This document shows, piece by piece, positions 51,901 through 64,000 of a stretch of DNA of 64,000 nt. Position 1 is the stretch's first letter. Every line of letters starts with the position of its first letter. The position numbers were made by a program, and so were the translations under genes. The notes under the pieces are model-generated. The model was not told the origin of the DNA, ran no database searches, and worked only from the letters and a program-made list of their open reading frames with translations. The DNA is from Camelus ferus (taxonomy: Eukaryota), in assembly GCF_009834535.1 (NCBI RefSeq), contig NC_045696.1:82152001-82216000 (forward strand), in the 5' to 3' direction.

Positions 51901-53882
51901 TGGCTTTTGTAAAAGCATTTAAAAAATTGTTAGTTAATAACGTCAGTGACAATGCTTTTTATTACAAACAAAAATTTAATATAAAATAAAATATGATGAA
52001 AATAATTTTATTTGAAAATTTATTTAATGTTTTAAAATGAGTTGATTCTTTAGACTTCCACTCAAGAAACAGTATAAGATAGAGTATGTATTATCCAAAA
52101 ATAGATATTTTGTTTCAAAAAAGTATAATACATGAATTTTAGCATGCTAATATTAGACTAAGAACATTTCAAAAAGTCACTTTGACTTTTTAACTGAAAT
52201 AGTAATTGTTTTGTCATTTCAAACAGCAACATTAGTACCATTCTCATTCACATACAGGGTATTCATGATTTCCTTACCTTTGCTTTATTAGTTAGGGTTC
52301 AGTGCAAAAAAGAGAAACTAATCTGTGTATTTTAATAAGGACTTAATTAGGGGCCTTAGATACTTCCAAAAATCATTGAAAGCTTGCAAGAGCAAGATCA
52401 AGGCTGGGCCTGCTCGAATGTCCACCAGACCCTGCAGAACTGACTAGTTAGGGGGATCTCTACCTCTGAGGAGTGAGGCGTTCACAATAGCAACACTGAG
52501 TTCAAGAAACTACTAGATAGCTATGATCAATCTGTCGGGAGGCCAGGATCAGAAGTTGTTGCCAGCACTGCTACAACTGCCTCTTAACTCTCATAATAAA
52601 GACTGGACCCTGGAGCTGAAGAAAAACCCTGTGTCATCATGACCTTGCTTGCTAGCAGAGTGGAAGCCAACAGCAGCAGAAAGATGGCCTCCTCATCACT
52701 TTTTTCCTTCTGATATCCAACCAGTGCATTGTATTAAAACAGAGTTTAGCTGCAAGGGAATCTGGGAAACAAAGACTTTAGCTTTCTATCCTCTGCTGTG
52801 TGCGTTGACCATATCCAACTATTATCTCCTTCCTTCGAATCACCTGGTTCACTCCTTTCCAGCTTCATACTTCTCCCCCTACTCCCCCTTCCTGCCAAAT
52901 GCCCTTTCATACCTACATGTTTCCCATTTTCTTCTTCCCCTTTCCACTGGGCATATCCTTCAAGGGTCAGGAAACCTATCACCTCCACAGAGAAACTTTC
53001 CCTGAATTCTTTCTTCAGTAGACTTAATTGTTTCTTTTTCTGGGCTTCCACAACATTTTGTACAATCAGTGCTATAGTATATATGATTTAATGTAATTTT
53101 TATATATTTAAATGAAATATACATAAATTATTTATTTAAAAATATATAACTTAAATAACAAATAGTTTGTTATTTTTCTTTCTACTAACCTATGAACCTT
53201 TTAAGGGCAGGAACTATGCCTTATTCTCCTGTTCTCAGTGTCGAGTCTAGCACGTAGCTCAGGGTGAATGAGTGTTAATGGAGTGAGTAATGAATGATGA
53301 CAATGACATGGTCCTTATCCTCTGCAGCTTTAGTAAATGAGAGAAATATACTTACAAGGCAACAAAATTATGTTAGGAAGTCTTCATTATATCCTTGACC
53401 TTTATTATCTCTATAGTCTTCTATGAATTTAGAAGAAACCAATTTAATAAGAAGTTTCTATAGATTTCATGAAGGAAGCACGTCCTTGCGCAAGAAGAGA
53501 GACTAGCGATCAGTCCTTGTACCTGGTTTTTTGATAAGTGTACAATTATCTAACAGAGGCATGTAAGGATTCACCCTCTCAACCTACCTCCAACCCAGCA
53601 ATTTGAGAGAAAACTCAGGGTTTGGCAAAGCAAAAATCTCCCACATTAAAACCTCTGGGACAAGGAAAGAAAGCTAAACCTCGTGGGTTATTAGCATACC
53701 TAGAACTTGTTTTCTGTCCAAACCCAACATCTATGAAGATGGCAAGAGAAGAGAGGGGTGGCGAGGGTGAGAACAGAGGCTCAATTCATGGAACTTGAAG
53801 TCAGCAGGGCCAAGAAAACCAGGGCTTCTAGACCTGGACCTCGTGTGCAGATTGGGAGAAAAATTCTAACATTTTTTCTTCT

Positions 53883-54284
53883 TATTGATGAAGTAAAATT
53901 CATATTTTATGGCAAGACAAGAAAACTTTAAACATAAACATTTTTTCTTTGCTTGTTTGGGCTTCCTGCCTTCCCTTTAGTGTGTATTGTGAATCAGTAT
54001 TAACCAGACCTCCTTGGGAGATAATGTTCCTTCTTAATCTTGTGAAGAGTTAGCATGACCTACTACTTGCTTTGTATGTGTAGACCTGGATAGTGTAAAG
54101 TCAATAGTCATTTGACATATAACCCTTTGTTTCAAAAACTTATATAACTGTGTTTTGATCTCTAATAGGTAGAACAGTGCTCAGAGCTTTCTGAAAGACT
54201 GTCTCCCAGGTTACAATCCTCACTTTGACTCAAATAAAATTTTCCATTCCTTTCTTAGATTGACTATTAATTTTTTCATCAACA
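53883..54284 (+). mobile_element. Solo ERV LTR about 5 kb upstream of SEC62
   Basis: Inverted termini ttgatgaa...ttcatcaaca; internal TATATAA (~54140) and AATAAA (~54234) in LTR order. Confidence 0.7.
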
Positions 54285-55139
54285 CTATATTAGCCTCAGA
54301 TAATTTTCAGAAAGCTCTTGTGCTCAAGAACTAGTTCAAAAATGCTGATTTCTCTGAAATGAAAGGAACAGAAGGCCAGTAATCTTCTGGAGTGGATATT
54401 TTAACTTTTAGGTAATTATCTAAATAATTTGGTAGATAGAGGCTGTAGTAATTATGGGTCTACCCCCCAACAGTTATTCAATGAATTTTTCTTGTACATT
54501 TTTGTAAGAAACTACTAAAATACAAAATTTATATTCCTATGTGATATGTAAAATGTTCTGCTTCCTCTGGCTCCAGTGTCTTTTGCCCTACAAGTCACTT
54601 CTAAGTTATGAAGAGTCACCTCTACCCTTGCCAGAAATGAACTTGCTGCATTTGAAGTGCTGTATTTCAGAGCAAACAGCAAAAATTATTAGGTTCTTTT
54701 TCTAAGCTGTGCTTCCTAGGAGAGCGATTTGAGGGTCTTGATTTTTCATTTGCCAAATGGAAAAGCTTTCCTTTTCTATACACCTTCCACCCAGGAATTG
54801 CTGATCTGAAGGTCAGTGAATTTAGTGCTTGATTGTCATAATAAAGCAGTTCCCAGCAGAGGTCTATTGATATTTTGACAAGGACAGCCAAGGATTACCT
54901 AAGTACTTTTATGTACAATTGCTATTCTTAACATCAACTTTTAGTAATAAAATAAATGCTAAGAGTTTAGAGTGTGCCTTTAAGAAATGCCTGAATAATC
55001 CTACTCATGATTAATCAAAGAAAATGTTTCCTTGTTTAGTCTTAAATTCAAGAGTGATGATATTTCTTTTAATTAATATGTATTTTTTTACTCTGTCTAC
55101 AAACCAATATTGTAATAAGTGAATTTTTCTCAACCATGT

Positions 55140-55880
55140 TTTTTTAAAATGTATTTAAATTTTTTTCAACTATTCATTTCGAAATACTTTCACTTAGGAG
55201 AAAGTTGAAAAAATAGTATGAAGAATTCCCATATACGCTTCACCCAGCTTCTACAAGTGTTAACCTCGTGTATAACCACAGTACCATTTTCAAAACGGGA
55301 CACTAACTTGACAGAGTACTACTAAGTAATCTGCAGACGTTATTTAAATTTTGTCATGTCCTACTACTTTATCTGCTCAGGATCCAATCCCTCATCTTAT
55401 GCTGCATTTAATTTTCATGGCTCATTTGTTAGTCCTTAATTTGGTACGGCCCTCAGTTTTTCTTCGTCTTTAACTCTTTGAAGAGTCTGGCCAGTTATTT
55501 TGTAAAATGTTGCTCATTTAGGTTTGTCTGTTATTTCCTCATGATTACATTCAGGTTGTGCATTTTTGGAAAGAATATCACAGAAGTGACGTCATCCCCT
55601 GCTCAGTATGTAGTTGATGTGATCGCTGAGTGAAAGTGGCATCTGCCAAGTTTCACCACTGTAAAGTTACAGTTCTTCTCTGTGAAATTAATTAGCATCT
55701 AAGGGGATACTTTGAAACAATTTAAATATTCTGCTTTTCATCATACTTTTGCCTACTCATTTTTAGCTATTTTCTCTGCCTGAAATAATTATTACTGTTG
55801 TGTTTGCCAAATGGTGATTTTCTATTGTCATTATTCCTTCTATATTTATTAATTGGGATACTATGGAATATTATTAATTG
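55140..55880 (-). mobile_element. Old L1 (L1MD/ME-like) 3' region
   Basis: aaagttg.aaaaatagta..aagaattcccatata..cttcacccag... typical of an antisense L1M 3' UTR. Boundaries approximate. Confidence 0.6.
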
Positions 55881-58800
55881 AGGTAGCATGGAAGAGTTTA
55901 TTGATTTAGTCACCTATCTATTCAGTTTCTAAATTATAAGTTTTGCTTGACTCTCTAGAGACCATCCCTTAGGAATGGTTTGTGAATGAGAGTTAATATG
56001 GGGATCTTTGGGTACTGCACTCTCTATCCCACTTCCCAAGAACTGCTCCCTTTTGTGGTATCTGTGCAGCTGATTTTTTTTTTTTTTTTTTTGAGTGAGG
56101 AGGATCTGGAAAAGAACTTGTGTGGTCTTGTAGGGAGGACCTAGGGAGTATCTCTCACTATGAATTTGCTTGCATCCACAGATCGACACTGGGGCTGAAC
56201 ATCTTTCCAAGAAAGGGGCTTTGAACTCTGTGAAGGTATATACAACATGTGTGATGGACTGGTGTGGTCCTCAAGGGGGCCACAGTTTTGGAAAAAACAG
56301 TGTATTGCATGCGAGCAATGGGAGCTCCTTCTAGGAAAAGAAGGAGCCTGGTCTGGTAAGTCAGACCCAAACAGAGCACTAACTTTAGAGGGGGAGGAGA
56401 TTTTAGATCAATGATTTAGAACTTATCTCAACACAGACCTCTGGCAGTAAGCATGAACCTTGCTAAAAGTTGCTTAGTGTATTAATTAGAAGAACTGCGA
56501 GACTAAATATTCTAACACGCTGGGTCAAGCAACCTTGCTGTGGTATCCTTCACTGTTGCAAGCTGAGTGTAAGCAGAGGGAGTCCTCTCCTTCTCACTAT
56601 GTGAGATCAATACTTGGATCTCTAACCTCAAGGACAGCATTTCAATTCCAAGTCCACCAGACCAGCTACATGGTCCTAGCTCAGTGACACTAGATACAGC
56701 TGTAGGCATTGCTGAGTTCCTGCTCCACCAGTACTCTGGGGACAGTCATAAGCACAGGGCAGTTTCAGCTCTGTGTGATACTTCTACAGAACAATCAGTC
56801 CCTGAGGCTGTGGAATCCTAGTCCAGTCACCAGAATGGCAAATAATGACCATGACTGACTTGTGGGCACATGTAAGATACCTAATGATTCTAGCAAATTT
56901 CCAGAAATAAGGACCCTGTTAAAAATTGAGTCACTTACGTATAGTTGAGCAAGTAGGAGTGAGGTGCCATTGAGATTTATACAGTAAGACCAGTAGGGCT
57001 TTATTTGTACCCGTTGTCTTACGATGGTGAAACACCAAGATTCTAGAATTATAACAGTAATGTGCCCTAACCTACTTGATCTCCAGAGCACACACTTTAG
57101 CTCTTTTCAGCATGTAAAACAGGCAGATCTTCATGAAACATTATCTTCCTGTTGCAAATAAGTAATAAGTATTGCCTCTTCTTTATTTAGATCTTTTTTC
57201 CCCCATATGACTCTAACTGCACTCATCCATGATCCAGATGTTGAACTTTTAAAAATTTATAAGTAACCCAGAGGCAATTATGGCTACTATGCACCTGAGT
57301 GCCCATTAGACTTTATCTTCCAGGATCTTGGAAAATTCAAGAGGCAAAGCAAAGAACATGAGGGAACAAATTCCAAAGGAACATGGGCTTTGCCATTTTG
57401 TAGGTACACTGGGTGTCTTGTTTGCCCTTTCAGGTCCCGCCTCCACCCTTCTCCATTACTTTGTGACTTGGAGGCTACATCCATGGTCTCCCTCCCCACC
57501 TCTGGCCTCTGGTGAGGCTCAGCCAATGGAGAGTGCTGGCAGGAGACTGGAAGGTGGGAGGAGAGCTCAGGCTGGTTAGTCTGCTGGCTTCCCTCCCTGC
57601 TGGAGGCAGTGGTCTGGCTGTGTCCTTGGTAGAAGGTCACAGCTCTTGTAGGTGGTCCTCTCCATTCAGCTCCCTCAGCTAGGATTCTGGAAACTGTTCT
57701 CTCCCCTTGGCCCTTCAGGCATAGGCTCCAGCTGTTACTAGCCTGAGGACATAAACAAAGATCTCTCTAGAAAGAAAATATCAGGAGAAGCTGTTTGGGG
57801 TGTGCAGTTACATGCAGTTACTCAGAGTTAGAGAGATTCCCAGCCAAATCCTGGGATGGGGAGCTGTGTGCCCATTGGCTCAAGGACTCCCTGCCCAGTG
57901 AGAGAAAGGACCAGGAGCTGAGGCAATGCTGGATGCCTGTGGTGGATGGAGCTGGCTTGATGAGGGAAACACTCGGGTCAGTTCTCTCCTCTTCCAGAGG
58001 TAAAGAATGAATGGGTAACTTTAACAGGCATTTTGTCACTTCCTACATGGGAAGTATTCTAGATTAAAAACTATACTAATATTTTTTCCTTTCAGACTAG
58101 CAAAGATCAAAAGTTTTGATAAAACTGTTGTTGAGGGCTGGGACAACAGGCATTCACACATTGCTAGCAACAGTGTAATATTTTGTTACACGGAAAAACC
58201 TCTCAAATGTAGTATGTTAACATTTGCATAAAAAGAGGATGAAAAGATGTACATTTTTGCTTGGTAACAGGAAGGCAATTAGTAGCTGGAAGGCAGGATT
58301 GGAACAGAGGTTTTTCATGGTGTACCCTCTTGAGCCATGTGACCCTATGCACTGATTTTTTTTAAACTATAAAAAACTATAAACTTTTTATAACTATAAA
58401 ATTTAAATTTAAAAAAGCAAAAGAAGTAGGAGGAAGAGCAGCATTTATTAGCCAAGGTGGAGGCAGCAGTGGCTCCCCACCACTACAGAAGGGCCCAGGG
58501 GTTAAGTACACATCCCATTTGGGGGCTCAGGCAGTGGCAGCTGAGTCAGCAAGAACTGGCCTGGACCCCAGGAATCGAAGACAGCACTTCCAGCCAGGCT
58601 TGGCCCAGTAGGGCTACAAGGATAGGGGCAAAATTTCCCAAACTGGAGGAAATGAGTAAGAATTGGGTGCATTTCACCCATGCTGGCAATGAACAAACCT
58701 GTTCTGATTGATCATTTGGAAAAAGCAGACACTCTGGAGGTGGTGAGGTCCAAAGCCTTAGTGCACTTGAGTGGATAACCTTCTAGCAGCAGGGTTTTCT

Positions 58801-61505
58801 AAGCATGGTGCCCTCTGGTCCCCTCCACTATGCTTAACATACCCTCTGCTTAGGCAGGGTGAAGAGACACATGCAGAAAGGAGCCCTCAGCATCAGCCGG
58901 AACATGTTGGAAACATCTCATTTCTTAAATGCTCTCAGGAATTGGTAGGGGGTTTTAAAATGGCTCTGAGCTCGCTGGGAAGGAATAAGCAGGCAATGGT
59001 AATTCATATTCCGTTTCTACCCAGACACTTGAGTTACTGATCATATTTTGATATTAGGATTTCTTTTGCTTCAGTTGTCAAATTCTCTTACCAAACAGAT
59101 CTCATTGCTCACAGATCAGTGAAGAGCTATTCTCTGCTTGTAACCTTGGAAATGGGGGGAGGGGGTACTTTGAAAAATGACACACAGAGTGTAAAGCTAT
59201 GAAACAAGAAAAGGAGCCTCGGACAGAATTACAACAATCATCTGAGAATCTGACTGAGAATTAATAAAAGCCTTATAAAGAGAGATGCTTTCATTATTCT
59301 GTATTTTTCTTTTTTGTTTTCATGCTTTTGATTTTCCCAGCTTAGCCATGGAAAGTGTTTGTGGGCATGAAAAACATGTTGGCTGGACTTTGTATAAGAC
59401 TTTCAGTTTTTAGAAACAAGCAAACAAAACAGATTTTGTCATACTAGCACCTCAAAGCCTAGTTTCTGACTCCTTTCTTCACCAAAAATTAAAAAAAATA
59501 TATATGCACATATGTGTATGTATGTTGGGATGGATGGATGGATGGATGGAAAGACATAGCTATCAGAATATTAACTGTTGGGGATGTTATATGTCACAGG
59601 TCAATGCTGTCATTTCACAGATTAGAAGATGGAGGCTTAAAGAAGTAAAATGAGACATAAAATGACTCAGTTGGAATGCAAACCTAGATCTTCTAGCTCC
59701 AAGTTAAGGGCTCCTTCACTTGTGAAGCACTCCTTTTAAGCAGGGGTTTTCTGATGGAGTTAGCAAATGCTGTGGTTTCTTGATGGTTTCAGACTCCCAG
59801 GACCTGAATCTATTAGAAGAGACATGTGCTCTACCTTTCTACCCTGTGAATTGAAAATATTGTCTGGACTGCTACAGGCATTTTACTGCCAGAAGAGGCC
59901 CTGGAGCTGCCCAGAAGCAACTTCTGTAGAACCTAAAGGTGGAGTCAAAGGAAGGCAGCAGAAAGAGAAACCGGATCCCTAGTGACATCATTGGAACCAC
60001 TGGAGTGAGCCTTGTCTGAAGTGAGACATCTAGAGTTTTTAGTTACACGATCCACTAAGCTCTCTTCTATATAGTTTAAGCCAGTTTGAATTGGGGTTTC
60101 TGCCATTTGCATTATAGAGCATCCTGATACGTAACCCTAAAACAAGATAACTGAAACAAAATACTATTTTAAAATTGAAGGTTTTAATGTTCGTGAAAAG
60201 TGTCTTCACAAGAATGGTTACATTTTATTGTTAACTTCTATCCTAAATTTTAAAACAAAGCGCTAATATATGAATTAACAAATGTTTCAGGAATAGTAAT
60301 CATGAGAAGTAACCCAATGAGACCATTCACTTTGGAAAGTTCTCTACCAGGGAAGCAGTGTTTGGAATCTTCTGTGCATCATTTACCTAAAGAGCTGGTG
60401 AGTATAGACAAAGGCTGATGAATGAAGTTTTTCTTATGCCTCTTGCAAGGGAACAATTATCAGGCCTGGAATAAAGACTTCTTTTCATGGGCTCCCAGGA
60501 CTAAAAATGTTGCTTTTTATAGATTTAGCTTTTGGAACTGCCAATATCTTTCTCATGTATAACCTGCACAATCAGATGTTTGCTGGTTCATTCTGATTCT
60601 TGTGCTGAAAATTTTTATTTGTTTTCTTGCTCAATTAAATGAGTGGTTTTAGTAGCAAACCATTGGTGTTAAAACAAAGCACAGAGAGCCAAGATAATTT
60701 AGGGAAAGCTGAATGATAAAGGATTCTAAACCAACTATTAAACTACAATAACTCCAGTCTCATAAAATAATGAACCACCTCATCATCAAATTCATTAAAA
60801 AAAAAAAACCTAACATGCACAAAATTTCTTTCTGCTGTTTTGAATGAAGTTACTTCTATTTATTCAGTGTCTAGGGACCTAACTGTATGTCTAAAAAGTT
60901 GCTATAGTAGAGGTCTGAAAATGAAGTTTTGAAAATGTCAGGAAACTGTCTTCTACTATTACTTATTAAATTATATCAATGCTTTTGGTAAACACTTGTA
61001 ATTTCTGTTTTGTAGATTAAAAAAAAAAACCAACAAAACAGCAGCAGAGTTCTGTTATCAAGGCAAAGCACAGCACTGCATTTGACATAACTCCAGCAAA
61101 TATTAGGCTTCCTTCACAGAACTGGTTGGATTAGTCTCATAAATGTCAAAAAAACCAAATTGATAGTTTAGCGAATTATCTGCCTGGCTCATATAGAAAG
61201 TACTGAAATTTCTGGCTTGCACAGAACTTTGCAGTGTTCCAAGAGCAGTTGAATGGCATTTGTAGTCTGTGATTCAAGGCAACTGGTGGCACAGCCCACC
61301 TCAGGAGGGAAACATTCTTTTCGAATTGAAACCAGCTATTCTCTATGTAGGAATGCAACTGTGAAAAAAAAAGGTTCAGAAATCTCCTTTTTTCCCCCAC
61401 CCCCAAAAGACACAGAAGGACATCTGATATTGCTGAATAATTTTTAGACATCAGAGTACCCTAGAATGCTGAGAGAGGGCTGACAGAAAATGGGCTGATG
61501 AAGGC

Positions 61506-61847
61506 GTTATAGATTGAATATTTATGTTCCTCCAAAATTGATGGTGAGATCCTAACCACCGATGTGATGGTTTGAGGAGGTGGGGCCTTTGGGAGGTGAT
61601 TAGGTCATGAGGGAATTAATGCCCTTCTCTGAAGAGGCCTAAGAGTTTCCTCTGGCCTTCTGCATTCTGCCACAGGAGGACAGTGAGAAGTCAGCAATCT
61701 GCAACCTGGAAGAGGACTCTCACCAGAACCTGACCATGCTGGCATCCTGATCTTGGATTTCCAACTTTCAGAACTCTGAGAAATAAATTTCTGTTGTTTA
61801 TAAGCCATCCAATCTATAATTTTTTTATAGCAGCCTGAACTAAGACA
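61506..61847 (+). mobile_element. MaLR LTR (MLT1A-like)
   Basis: ggtggggcctttgggaggtgattaggtcatgag...gatcttggatttcca...gagaaataaatttctgttgtttataagcca...actaagaca. Confidence 0.8.
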
Positions 61848-62710
61848 AAAGGTGATAAGAGATTTGTTTACAGTAACAAGGTATTTCAGATCCTTGCTTT
61901 TATGTTTTATTTGAGGAGAATAACTTCTTTGCAAAGTGAAAGAAACAATTTAATTCAGTTGAACAATCTAGCTAGCAAAATAAAATCACACATTAGGGAA
62001 TAAGCCAACAGGGTGATGGGGTGGTGGGGGGTGTGTGAAATACATTAGAAATGCAGTTTAAAAAAATATGTGCACAGCCTAAAAGCATTCAGTTTTTTTC
62101 AAAATGGCACCCAGTGATGTTCAAGTAAACTATTACCTTTCCTGGGGAGATTAACTTCACACAGCTGCACAGTGACATCTTGGGACTAGTAGCAGATAAG
62201 TCAAAGACCTGTGTTGGCTTATGTGAAAAGAGATTCACTTTCCAGAGTACAGGCCGGACAAGTACAGTAAATTGACTAGAACCCTCTGTAAAACAGACCT
62301 TTCATATATTTGTAATAAAATAACAATATATATAGTATATATTTACCATAATGAGGAAAAACGTTTGCTTGCTGTATATTCTTAGTATTAATGGCCAGAG
62401 TAAAATATTTCATAAATTTAAAATAGCAAATATGTATTTTTACATATTCTATTTTATGAAAAATTTTGGCATCCTGACATATTATATAAGATAACTGTTT
62501 AGTAAATAGATTTTAAACTTTTACTGCAGAAAATTTCAAACATATGCAAAAGAACAGTGAAGCACAGAGTGAACCTCATGCACTCACATACTCACAACTC
62601 AGCTTCAACAAGTATCAACTCGTGGCCTAACTTGTTTCATCATATTCCCACTGACTTACCTACACCCTCCTCTCTCCATGGAGTTTTGAAGCAAATTTAT
62701 GTCATGATAT

Positions 62711-63195
62711 TGTTGGGAGAGATGCTCTTCTTTGGGCCTCTTTTATTCCTACAGATCTTGCTGGGCGGATGGCAAGGGCCTGACTGTGCTTTTATCATTT
62801 CTCAGGGTTGATTATGTACCCAGTAACCTTAAGAAATGAGGGAACATCTCATCCCCACCCCTCCACACTCCACTCCCACCCCTGGACAAAGAGCAGGTCT
62901 TTGCTCTTACTGCTTGCTATAAAAATAGGGGGTTCCCCATATTCAGTGTTCCACAGCTGTGACACAACCCGCTGCATGTGCTGGCTTCCTCTAGGCCCAT
63001 CTGTGTAACCCCAGTGGCACTGGCAAGCAAAGGGAACCAACACAAAATGCTGATGTTTGTGTTGATTATTGCATCATGATTAATAAAGTCCTTTGTCTCT
63101 GACTCAAGAGATGAGATTCTCCCAAGCTCCATAAAATAATAAGTGGATAATTTATTAGATTGTAGGTAAGGCAAAATCAAATCCCAGATCCAATA
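62711..63195 (+). mobile_element. ERV-type solo LTR
   Basis: Starts tgttggga; TATAAAA at ~62918 and AATAAA+gtcctttgtctctgac at ~63082. Confidence 0.6.
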
Positions 63196-64000
63196 TATAT
63201 TATTTTTGTCTGTATATATTTCAGTATAGACTTCTAAGAGACATGAAATTTTAAAAAACTTAGGTAAGTTCTAGAGACCCGCTGCACAGCATCGTACCTT
63301 AACAATATTACATTGCGCACTTAGAATTTTGTTAAGAGGAAAGATTTCATGTTAAATGTTCTTACCACTAATAAAAAGTCACTATTATCACATCTAAAAA
63401 ACAGAGAGTAATTCTTTAATAGCATTGAATATCCCCAATTGTGTTCAAATTTCTCCAATTCTTTTTTACAGAGTATTCAATATGCATCCAATTAATTGTA
63501 CTGGGTGATATGGATCTTTAAAATTTTTTATTGTGGGAGAATATGTATATACATATATATAACATAAACTTTGTGATTTTAACCATTTTTAAGTGTGCAA
63601 TTTAGTGGCATTAATTATATTCATAATGCATTGCCACCATCAACGTCTGTTTCTAAAGCTTTTACATCTGGGTGATTTGAATCTTTAGTATCTTTTAATC
63701 TATTGGCTTTCCTTTTCCCTTTCTTTGTTTTTCATTGCAATTTATTTGTTGGAGAAAATCAGGTCATTTCTACTATCTGGTTTCCCACAGTTTGGATTTT
63801 GCTATTTTTTTAATTGTTTCATGCGCTTCCATAAGGAGGAATGTCTGGTTGTTTCTCTTTTTGTGCTGTTAACAGTCATTTATGATCATTGTTTAGATCC
63901 TTTAGTTTTTAGGGGTGCAAAATGGTGATGTTTGAATTCTATTATTGCTTTTTAATAGCTGTAATACTTTGCTAGAGGAACAGCTGCATAGTACTCCACC

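Noticed and set aside
55929..56400. Possible SAMD7 last exon or retrocopy near the poly(T) at ~56074-56092 (QTIPKG resemblance)
   Set aside because: Only a few residues of similarity; no SAM-domain sequence, splice acceptor, poly(A) signal or TSD could be established.

Overview
Mammalian genomic DNA, most likely a camelid (alpaca, llama or camel), judged from Vic-1-type tRNA-derived SINEs and camelid-type L1 3' ends. The window holds one complete protein-coding gene, SEC62 (ER translocon subunit and ER-phagy receptor), on the minus strand. It has 8 coding exons from ATG 48770 to TAA 24930, 1197 nt in total (398 aa), all introns GT-AG, with a CpG-island promoter at about 48.2-49.0 kb and a 3' UTR of up to about 2.4 kb. 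The rest is intergenic or intronic DNA rich in old and young transposons. No GPR160 or SAMD7 exons (the human neighbours) were recognised. The most unusual structure is an ~880-bp block headed by a SINE and flanked by a target-site duplication (TSD). It splits a Tigger4 DNA transposon and carries unrelated, older sequence, which looks like a SINE-driven 3' transduction. Other points: a degraded POLR2L retrocopy missed by the ORF track, two nearly identical very young L1 insertions with perfect TSDs, a UPRE/D-box/YY1 motif cluster and a 27-bp tandem duplication in the SEC62 promoter, and an isolated CpG-rich RFX/hairpin element. I do not see a new multi-gene system. Repeat family names come from recalled consensus sequences, not from a search.
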